DNA of 64,000 nt from an uncultured cyanobacterium. Its GTDB lineage: Bacteria > Cyanobacteriota > Cyanobacteriia > Cyanobacteriales > Cyanobacteriaceae. Of this stretch, positions 1-7,529 are shown piece by piece. The translations under genes were made by a program, and so were the position numbers. The stretch's first letter is position 1. Each line of letters opens with the position of its first letter. The stretch lies in NCBI GenBank assembly GCA_963710605.1, contig CAVQBA010000004.1:1024001-1088000 (forward strand), in the 5' to 3' direction. Under the pieces are notes generated by a model. It was not told the DNA's origin and searched no databases. It saw only the letters and a list, made by a program, of their open reading frames with translations.

Positions 1-150
1 AAAGTTTAGGATTAAAACCCGAAACCGTTGAAAGCTTGGTTGTTTCAACGCTCTGATTAGTGTTTCGTAGATTGAAAGCTAAATGGTTACTATCTCACAA
101 TCGTGATGGTTTAGTTTCAATGCTCTGATTAGTGTTTCGTAGATTGAAAG
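1..150 (+). CRISPR. 3' end of a CRISPR array, type V-K (CAST)-like repeats
   Basis: Two 37-bp repeats GTTTCAA(C/T)GCTCTGATTAGTGTTTCGTAGATTGAAAG at 42-78 and 114-150 (1 mismatch), with a 35-bp spacer at 79-113. The window starts with AAAG (1-4), consistent with the end of a previous repeat followed by a 37-bp spacer (5-41). The GT...TTGAAAG form is typical of Cas12k arrays. Confidence 0.9.
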
Positions 151-243
151 AAACTATTGAAAGCTAAAATTTTCTTCGATACGATCGCTATTCTCAAGTT
201 TCTCAACTATTATTTCTTTAATCTATTAAAATAGATAATGTGA

Positions 244-273
244 GTAAGATTGAAAGGCGCGCCTGTTTTGGGA
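244..273 (+). ncRNA. Delocalized (homing) crRNA: truncated repeat plus 17-nt tRNA-targeting spacer
   Basis: AGATTGAAAG (247-256) equals the last 10 nt of the repeat. It is followed by GCGCGCCTGTTTTGGGA (257-273), 16/17 identical to tRNA-Pro sequence GCGCGCCTGCTTTGGGA (minus strand 466-450), which is preceded by GGTA (GTN PAM). Confidence 0.88.
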
Positions 274-324
274 TTCAAAAATGATTATTGAGCTTATTTT
301 TGTATCTTGTAATGGTACTTTTTT

Positions 325-396
325 AAAGTAGCGACATTATTTGGTTAAACTGCGACAATAATGTGTGAACAACGACACTTAATTATTGAATGTACA
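325..396 (-). mobile_element. Tn7-like (CAST) transposon end, PAM-proximal, with three TnsB-binding-like repeats
   Basis: Minus strand reads TGTACATTCAATAATTAAGTGTCG-TTGTTCACACATTATTGTCG-CAGTTTAACCAAATAATGTCG. It has a terminal TGTACA (396-391) and three TGTCG-ending motifs spaced 20-21 bp apart (CGACA at 332, 353, 373). Confidence 0.85.
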
Positions 397-414
397 TAAG
401 GAGTATAGATGTAA

Positions 415-488
415 TCGGGATGACAGGATTCGAACCTGCGACATCCTGCTCCCAAAGCAGGCGCGCTACCAAGCTGCGCTACATCCCG
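415..488 (-). tRNA. trnP: tRNA-Pro (anticodon UGG)
   Basis: CGGGATGTAGCGCAGCTTGGTAGCGCGCCTGCTTTGGGAGCAGGATGTCGCAGGTTCGAATCCTGTCATCCCGA: 7-bp acceptor stem, anticodon loop TTTGGGA, GTTCGAA T-loop; CCA not encoded. Confidence 0.97.
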
Positions 489-557
489 TTATTTAATGAC
501 ATTTACTATGATAACTCACTCCCTAAATTTATGCAATACTTTTTCATAAGTTTGATT

Positions 558-1085
558 TTAATCTGGATACCAAAACATACCCTTAATTCCTTCTGGGTCT
601 GGGATAAAACCTAAACGAGAATAAAATTCGACCACTTGAGGATCAGCGAACAAAGTAACATTACTAATATCATTAGCACGTAACTTATTAATGATATATC
701 TCATAAAAGCTTTGCCTAAACCTTTACTTTGAAAACGTGGATGAATCACAACATCCCATATTGTGGCATTAAAAGAATGATCTGAAGTTGCACGAGCAAA
801 TCCAACCAAATAAGATTTTGCACCTCTAGATTCCCAAATAGAAGCGACTAGATAGCTATTCTCTAAGGCTTTCTTGACCTTCCTTAAAGGTCTTCTTGCC
901 CATCCGACTGAGTCACATAATTCTTCTAATTCGTATAAATCGATCGATTGATTTGTACTGAAAAAAATTTTACAGTTACCAAACAAATTAGGATCAACTG
1001 TAACCCAGTCTTTTTCTCCAGATTGTTCAGAGGAAGTATTAATATTGTCTTCAGTTTTGGTAAATAGTTTTTGTAACCAAACCAT
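558..1085 (-). CDS. ycf52: GNAT N-acetyltransferase, Ycf52/NSI-like
   Basis: [30 protein letters not shown] (acetyl-CoA motif), C-terminal GIKGMFWYP. Confidence 0.8.
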   Translation of the reverse strand: MVWLQKLFTKTEDNINTSSEQSGEKDWVTVDPNLFGNCKIFFSTNQSIDLYELEELCDSVGWARRPLRKVKKALENSYLVASIWESRGAKSYLVGFARATSDHSFNATIWDVVIHPRFQSKGLGKAFMRYIINKLRANDISNVTLFADPQVVEFYSRLGFIPDPEGIKGMFWYPD

Positions 1086-1370
1086 GCCTTTATGGTTTAT
1101 TTTGTGTAAAGGTTAATATTTTCGGGCTGATTTGCTTTATTCACAAACATTTAGAAAATCATAACATAATTTAGGTTCATCGGTAAATAGTTGTTCATTG
1201 TCTTAACTATCATTTTCTCAATCTAAAAAAAGGGTGAGTGATAGGTCAAAAGGGCAAAGGTAATTTTTGCTCATTAGTATGTCAAGATAGTTTTCTCAGA
1301 TTGAGCTAATATACACAAATAAGATAACTAGATTATTAAGGATTTTAAGACTATTTAAATTAACTATTAT

Positions 1371-1847
1371 TTATTGATTTAGCTGTTTTTGTAATTTATT
1401 TTTAAACTCGGAAGAATCTTCATCTGTGGGTATTTTTTCAGCTAGAATATCAATTAATTTTTGAGGTGTCAAATTGGGATTTTGAGTTACAGTTTTTTTA
1501 CATATTATGCCAGCGATAGGTCCTATATATTCTGATAATATATTTTTAACTAGAGCTAAAAATTCTTCATTTATCTCTTGTCGTGATGATTCTGTTTTCG
1601 CTGAACTAGATGAAGTTTTAGTTTTTACTAATTCTTTTTTTTCTTCCCATGATTGAAAATAATTTTTATTTTCAACTAAAATACATAAATTATTTTTATT
1701 TTCTTGACAATATCTAATAGCTACATCTTTATTTTGCAAAGAAAATATAGGACCTTTATTAATAACTCTTTGGTTATATATTTTTTGATTTTGATTTCCG
1801 TTACTACTAGATTTTGATTCAAATTCATGCCAACTTATTATTTCCAT
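1371..1847 (-). CDS. Hypothetical protein with C-terminal helical 'L.EYIGPIA' domain
   Basis: 158-aa ORF; C-terminal motif recurs in cyanobacterial signalling proteins; co-oriented with the upstream sensor gene. Confidence 0.65.
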   Translation of the reverse strand: MEIISWHEFESKSSSNGNQNQKIYNQRVINKGPIFSLQNKDVAIRYCQENKNNLCILVENKNYFQSWEEKKELVKTKTSSSSAKTESSRQEINEEFLALVKNILSEYIGPIAGIICKKTVTQNPNLTPQKLIDILAEKIPTDEDSSEFKNKLQKQLNQ

Positions 1848-1884
1848 TTTTATTTCATAAATATTATTAATTGTTAATTATTAA

Positions 1885-2802
1885 TTATGATTCATCAATC
1901 ATTCTAATTGCTTCTTTAAGACTAAAAATCATTCGGTTGAGAGATTTAGCTAATGTACCGATTTCGTCTTTACTTTTATGTTCAAATTGTAGTTGATGTT
2001 GCTCATCAGTAATATCTCCTGTACTGATTTGAGTCGATAAAGTCGCCATTTTTTTGATCGGTTGGATAATTGATTTTTTCAAGAATAAATTAGTAAGTAC
2101 GATCGCCATAATAAAAAACAAGGCAACTACTAACAAGACAGTAACCTGTAACCGATGAGCGGCTTGATAAACTTGATTAGCAGGAACAGTCACAACTTGT
2201 GATGCTACAATTTCGTTTAGTTGCCAACCAAAACCATTTTCACTACCATAAGTGTTAATCAAATTACGAGGAGCATTTTCAGGGGTACTATGACATTGTA
2301 AACAACTAGCTTTTTCAATAGCTAACGGTCTAGCAATATAATAAAATTCCTGACCATTATTAGTCCGAAACCCAGTCAACTCCGATAAATCTGAATTTTG
2401 GCGAAATTGTTGAGTTAAATCGGTTTCAAATCGATCGGCTTTATCCCTAAGATTAGTTGGATTAAGAGTAGCTTCTTTATAAAAAAAACTTTCGTAAGCG
2501 GGTTGTTTTCTTAACTCTTCAAAAACTTCTCTAGCAGAATACGCAGGTACAGTTTCAGGAATAAAATTAGTTTCTGTTGCAAGGCGAGAAGCTAATTCGG
2601 GTTGAACTTGATTACTGGTATAATTTCGGACTGAATTCATGGTTTCAATCATTAAAAAGGCTTGATTAGCAACGACTTGCTCAGTTTTAATTTCTAAAAT
2701 ATAAGAAAGAAAAAAACCGCAACTAACCATTGCTAAAATCAAAGTACCGATCAAGATTAAATTAAGTTTGACACCTAATTTTTGATTTTGGAAAATAAAC
2801 AT
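1885..2802 (-). CDS. Membrane protein with periplasmic c-type heme (DUF3365-like) domain and HAMP
   Basis: Two TM segments, CLQCH heme-binding motif, YKEATLNPTN, C-terminal HAMP (DEIGTLAKSLNRM); no output domain. Confidence 0.85.
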   Translation of the reverse strand: MFIFQNQKLGVKLNLILIGTLILAMVSCGFFLSYILEIKTEQVVANQAFLMIETMNSVRNYTSNQVQPELASRLATETNFIPETVPAYSAREVFEELRKQPAYESFFYKEATLNPTNLRDKADRFETDLTQQFRQNSDLSELTGFRTNNGQEFYYIARPLAIEKASCLQCHSTPENAPRNLINTYGSENGFGWQLNEIVASQVVTVPANQVYQAAHRLQVTVLLVVALFFIMAIVLTNLFLKKSIIQPIKKMATLSTQISTGDITDEQHQLQFEHKSKDEIGTLAKSLNRMIFSLKEAIRMIDES

Positions 2803-3037
2803 AATAGAGAAAAAACGATCGTTTTAAAATTAGATAGATAAAATTGATAATAATTATTACCATAAAATAAAAATCAAGGGCTAGACAATAATTTTTAATA
2901 AGATGGGAAAGTTATCAAAATACAAATTTATTGTATCTATTATTTGAGACTATTTCTCTATTCTACATAACTACCTAAGCGGAAAATAAGAATTAATTAA
3001 AGTTAGTAGATTTGACAGCCAAAACCGTGTTTATTTT

Positions 3038-3748
3038 TTATTGTATATAAGGAGTTATATCTTCTTGACAATCATCAGCTAAATAAGATAAAGAGCGAAA
3101 CCTTAAGCCAACTAGTTGTTCATAAAGAGGATTTAACTTGCACATGGGGGGAATATGAACAATTTTTTTACCAAAAAGAACGACATCTCTTTCAAAAGGA
3201 CATTGAGAAGGCACCATTTTACAAATAAAACGGGCTAATCGAGGATCTTCAACTTCCATCCCATCCAACCATGTTTTAATCGGTTTAAGGGGTTTTATTT
3301 TGGCTACAGTGCTTTTGTCTTCATTTTGTTGGCTACCGATTTGATTAGATAAAGTTTGAGTTTTATCAACAATTTCAGGATTCCATAGGGTTGATTTTAA
3401 GGACTCTAAAGCTTCTATTTTTAATCCTAAAGCTGACTGAAAATCAGTAACCACATCAGACTCAGCTTGGCTATAAACTCCATTAGAAAGAGCCACCATT
3501 ACCGCTGTACGTAAAAAATTTTCTTTGGTTTTATAATCGTCTCCTAGTGCTTTAGCTAATTCTTCTGCTGAGATAATCTCAAGATTACCTAATTGTGTTT
3601 CAGGGATAAGTTCATCTTGGGTTAGATTATTAATTAATTCTTGTTCTTCTTCGTCAAAATGACCATCAGCGTAAGCAATAGTCAATAAACCTCTTAACCA
3701 TGCAGAAATTTGTTGATCTGTGTATTGATGAATGCTTGGACTTGTCAT
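3038..3748 (-). CDS. TerB-like plus 'Mo-dependent nitrogenase C-terminal' domain protein
   Basis: IAYADGHFDEEE (TerB-like) and CKMVPSQCPFERD...HIPPMCKLNPLYEQLVGLRFRSL. Confidence 0.85.
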   Translation of the reverse strand: MTSPSIHQYTDQQISAWLRGLLTIAYADGHFDEEEQELINNLTQDELIPETQLGNLEIISAEELAKALGDDYKTKENFLRTAVMVALSNGVYSQAESDVVTDFQSALGLKIEALESLKSTLWNPEIVDKTQTLSNQIGSQQNEDKSTVAKIKPLKPIKTWLDGMEVEDPRLARFICKMVPSQCPFERDVVLFGKKIVHIPPMCKLNPLYEQLVGLRFRSLSYLADDCQEDITPYIQ

Positions 3749-4010
3749 AAATTAAATCAAAAATCATAAGTTAGTTGGTTACTAGATATTATTTTAACTC
3801 TTGTTTTTACTAGTCAAATATTTTTTTGACTAATTACCGACAAATAAGAAATTAAAGTTTTAGCTTTAACCTGTTTTTTGTAGTGCTATTGTCATTTATT
3901 ATGTAGTTATTACTAAATCGATCGAGATTCAGTTATCGTCATTTCAATGTTTTACCAAGACAGTAATCGTAATATTTCAAATAGAAGTATAAAACCCGCC
4001 GAAGAATGAC

Positions 4011-4233
4011 TAAGTAAGTAAACAAAATTAATTATCTACTTTACTTGCTTTGAACGATCGCACCAAGACAATAAAGCAATAAATATATCTGTGATTTGTT
4101 CTTTAGTAAGTAGCTCGATCTAAAAAAAAAGTTTGTCGTTACCCCTAATGGTGTCTCAAAAACTATTAAGATAAGGGCTTAAGCCCTTACTACGAACTTA
4201 GGCTTTTTGACGCTTAATTAATTGGGGCTACTT
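4011..4233. repeat. TAAGTA...TACTTA-bounded MITE-like repeat containing a GTAG-type REP hairpin
   Basis: Imperfect inverted termini TAAGTAAGTAAACAAAATTAATTA / TAATTAATTGGGGCTACTTA; internal AAGGGCTTAAGCCCTTACTAC at 4173-4193. Confidence 0.45.
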
Positions 4234-4308
4234 AACAGTTTAATCAAAAAAATAAATTTTTTAGTCAAAAGTAAAGTAATCCGTAAGCTTAAAAAGTTTA
4301 GACGGAAT

Positions 4309-4338
4309 AAAAAAAAGGCGAGCATTATTGCCCACCCT
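4309..4338 (-). terminator. Intrinsic terminator of groESL
   Basis: Minus strand GGTGGGCA-ATAA-TGCTCGCC followed by a T run, ~30 bp after the groEL stop. Confidence 0.7.
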
Positions 4339-4368
4339 TTTAATCATCTAATTTAAATTGATTAGTGT

Positions 4369-5995
4369 TTAGTAATCAAAATCACCAGCACCAGCACCAG
4401 CACCAGCTTTATCACTTTCTGGCTGATCAACGATAATACATTCGGTAGTTAATACCATACCAGCGATCGATGCCGCATTTTGAATTGCAGAGCGAGTCAC
4501 TTTAGCAGGATCGACAATACCAGCTTCAAGCATATTTGTGTACTGATTAGTAGAAGCATCAAAACCTGTATTAAAGTCTTTTTCTTTGACTTTTTCAGCT
4601 ACAACAGCACCATTCAAACCAGCATTTTCAGCAATACGTTTTAAAGGAGCGGTTAAAGCACGAGCCACAATTAATGCACCTGTTAATTGCTCAGCAGATA
4701 AATTGCTGTTTGCCCACTCACTTAATTTAGGAGCTAAATGAGCTAAAGTTGTACCACCACCGGGTACGATACCTTCTTCTACCGCCGCTTTAGTTGCGTT
4801 GATAGCATCTTCCAAACGTAGTTTACGATCTTTCATTTCGGTTTCGGTTGCCGCACCTACTTTGATGACTGCTACACCACCAGATAATTTAGCTAAACGC
4901 TCTTGTAATTTTTCTTTGTCGTAAGAAGAGTCACTTTCATCAATCTGACGACGAATTTGTTCGCAACGACTTTGAACTTCTTTATCATTACCTTCAGCTA
5001 CGATCGTGGTAGTATCTTTGGTAATAGTAATACGACGAGCAGAACCTAATTGCTCTACAGTAGTAGTATCTAGTCTTAAACCAGCATCTTCACTGATTAA
5101 TTGTCCGCCTGTTAAAACAGCAATGTCTTCTAACATTTGCTTACGTCTGTCACCAAAACCAGGTGCTTTAACAGCAGTTACATTCAAGACACCACGTAAA
5201 CGGTTAACGACTAAAGTTGCTAAAGCTTCTTTTTCAATATCTTCAGCAATAATCATCAAAGGTTTGCCTTGACGAGCAACTTGTTCTAAAACAGGTACTA
5301 ATTCTTGAACTAAAGTAATTTTTTTGTCGGTGATTAAAACTACAGGCTCTTCTAAGTCACATTCCATGCGTTCAGCATCAGTAACAAAATATGGAGAAAT
5401 GTAACCTTTCTCGAAACGCATCCCTTCGGTGATTTCAAGCTCGGTTTCCATCGACTTACCTTCTTCTAAAGAGATAACGCCTTCTTGCCCTACTTTGTCC
5501 ATTGCCTTAGCAATCATTTCGCCGACTTCGCTATCGTTACCCGCAGAAATTGTTCCGACTTGAGCGATCGCTTTACTGTCGCCTACAGGTTGTGCTTGTT
5601 CAGCAATTTTACCAACTAAATATTCAGTTGCTTTGTCGATGCCACGTTTAAGGGCAATTGGGTTAGCACCTGCGGCTACGTTACGTAAACCTTCTTTGAC
5701 GATCGCATGAGCGAGTACTGTTGCAGTGGTAGTACCATCACCGGCTACGTCATTAGTTTTAGAAGCCGCTTGACGAATTAAAGCTACACCTGTGTTTTCT
5801 ACGTGATCTTCTAATTCGATTTCTTTAGCGATGGTAACACCATCATTAACGATTTGAGGAGCCCCAAACTTTTTCTCTAAAACTACGTTACGTCCTTTAG
5901 CGACCAAGGGTTACGGCTACTGCTTCTGCTAGTAAGTCGATTCCTCTTTCTAAAGCACGACGAGCGTCTTCGTTATAAATAATTAATTTTGCCAT
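4369..5995 (-). CDS. groL: Chaperonin GroEL (apparent +1 frameshift at ~5901, probably a sequence error)
   Basis: True start [18 protein letters not shown] at 5995; removing C5901 restores [19 protein letters not shown] motif. Confidence 0.95.
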
Positions 5996-6074
5996 AATTG
6001 TCCGTTGTACTAATTGAGATTAATTTTGTAATGAATTGAAAATGAAACGATTAGGAGAATTCAAAATAACTGAA

Positions 6075-6386
6075 TTAGGAAACTACAGCGAGAATGTCTT
6101 TTTCCGAAAGTAAAACGTATTCTTTTCCGTCTAATTTGATGTCTGTACCTGCATATTTAGAGTAAAGTACTTTATCTCCTACTTTTACTTCTACGGGTAC
6201 TTTGTCGCCCTTATCATTGGTTTTACCTTGTCCGACGGTTACTACTTCACCAATTTGAGGCTTTTCTTTCGCATTATCTGGTAAATAAATACCACCTGCT
6301 GTTTTTTCTTCTGCTTCGCTAACCTTAACAAATACTCGATCGCTTAAAGGTGTAACTGTAGATACGTTAATCGAAATTGCCGCCAT
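6075..6386 (-). CDS. groS: Co-chaperonin GroES
   Basis: [30 protein letters not shown]; directly upstream of groEL. Confidence 0.98.
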   Translation of the reverse strand: MAAISINVSTVTPLSDRVFVKVSEAEEKTAGGIYLPDNAKEKPQIGEVVTVGQGKTNDKGDKVPVEVKVGDKVLYSKYAGTDIKLDGKEYVLLSEKDILAVVS

Positions 6387-6444
6387 AATTTATATACTCC
6401 AAATTTAGTTTATTTCTCTATTTTCAGGTTTAAGTTTTTTTGTT

Positions 6445-6471
6445 TTAGCACTCTCACCTTCCGAGTGCTAA
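6445..6471. promoter_or_regulatory. CIRCE element (HrcA operator)
   Basis: Perfect TTAGCACTC-N9-GAGTGCTAA upstream of groES, overlapping a candidate -10 (TAAATT, 6475-6470) with -35 TTGCTA (6499-6494). Confidence 0.97.
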
Positions 6472-6510
6472 TTTAACTAAATTTTGTCCCTAATAGCAAC
6501 TAGCCAATTT

Positions 6511-6526
6511 GTACGGGTTTCCGAAC
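6511..6526 (-). promoter_or_regulatory. K-box of the cyanobacterial groESL promoter
   Basis: Minus strand GTTCGGAAACCCGTAC fits GTTCGG-NNAN-CCNNAC. Confidence 0.85.
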
Positions 6527-6987
6527 GCACTGTCTTTTATTAATTATTAATTATCTAAATAAGTGATTGTTGATCGTTAAATCTTAACTGTTCGATCAAT
6601 CGATCGTTTTTTTAATTAATATGTTTAATTAATATGTTTAAGTATTTTTACTATTAGAATATTAGTATTACAATTTGCTAAATATAACTTAATAAAAATT
6701 AATATTTAAACATTTATCTGTTGAAAAAGTCTTTTTTTGAAGCGAAAATATGTGAGTTGAAATATCTAAAGTATTCTATATGTAACGATTTAAGCTGATG
6801 AGTAGTGCGTACATTCTTCTTTTTGCTTTAGTAATAGCTAATACTAATTAATGATAAATATTAGAAATATAACTTATATCTTATTAATAAAAGTTAACAG
6901 TAATTTAGGTAAAAACCACGTTTACGTTAAAATGTCCTTAATTATAAAATATAAATAGATAAGATAAAAAACGAAGAGAGTAATAAC

Positions 6988-7167
6988 ATGAAATTTTGTT
7001 TAAAATGCAAAGGCACAGGAAGAATTCTTGAACAAAGATTATCAGACTATGCGAATTCCTTTGATTATTATCCTGCACCATGTCCTGATTGTGTTAAACC
7101 CGCAGTATCATCGGCAGTAAAAACAGTTAATCAAGAGACTTCTCGGTATCGTATAACTTATCGATAA
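6988..7167 (+). CDS. Small 59-aa CxxC/CxxC zinc-finger protein (not in ORF track)
   Basis: MKFCLKCKGTGRILEQRLSDYANSFDYYPAPCPDCVKPAVSSAVKTVNQETSRYRITYR; purine-rich GAAGAGAG just upstream. Confidence 0.65.
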   Translation: MKFCLKCKGTGRILEQRLSDYANSFDYYPAPCPDCVKPAVSSAVKTVNQETSRYRITYR

Positions 7168-7529
7168 CGGTAAGCTGACAGCGAATTAATGATATTTAAT
7201 AACAATGCTCAATATTAAATAATTGAGACAGCGGTAAAGTTAGTTTAGTTTTTTTTTGAATAAGTTAACGCCAATTAACCTATTGAATTAATAAAAGCAT
7301 AATCCAAGATACTTTTATTTTTAAGCGAAACAAACTGTTTTGATTTAAGTTATTTTTATTAAAACTAAAAAATGTGTAGATCTTGTGGAGATAAATATAT
7401 ACTCAACAAGATCTAATTAAATTTATCGATAAATACAGATTTACATCAACAGTTAAGATTAAATTTCTCTATCTCTTTACCGAGAAACAAGGATTTAGAA
7501 GTTTTAATTTCGATCGTGTCAAACCTAAA

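Noticed and set aside
390-614. 74-aa ORF on the + strand
   Set aside because: It is the antisense translation of tRNA-Pro (GFEPATS...) and overlaps the transposon end and the GNAT gene.
3419-3431. 13-nt match of the first spacer (TTTAGGATTAAAA) to the minus strand, as a possible self-target
   Set aside because: Short, AT-rich, and the 5' flank is AGC rather than a GTN PAM; consistent with chance.
3038-3748. Nitrogen fixation gene
   Set aside because: The domain name is historical; there are no nif motifs or nif cluster.
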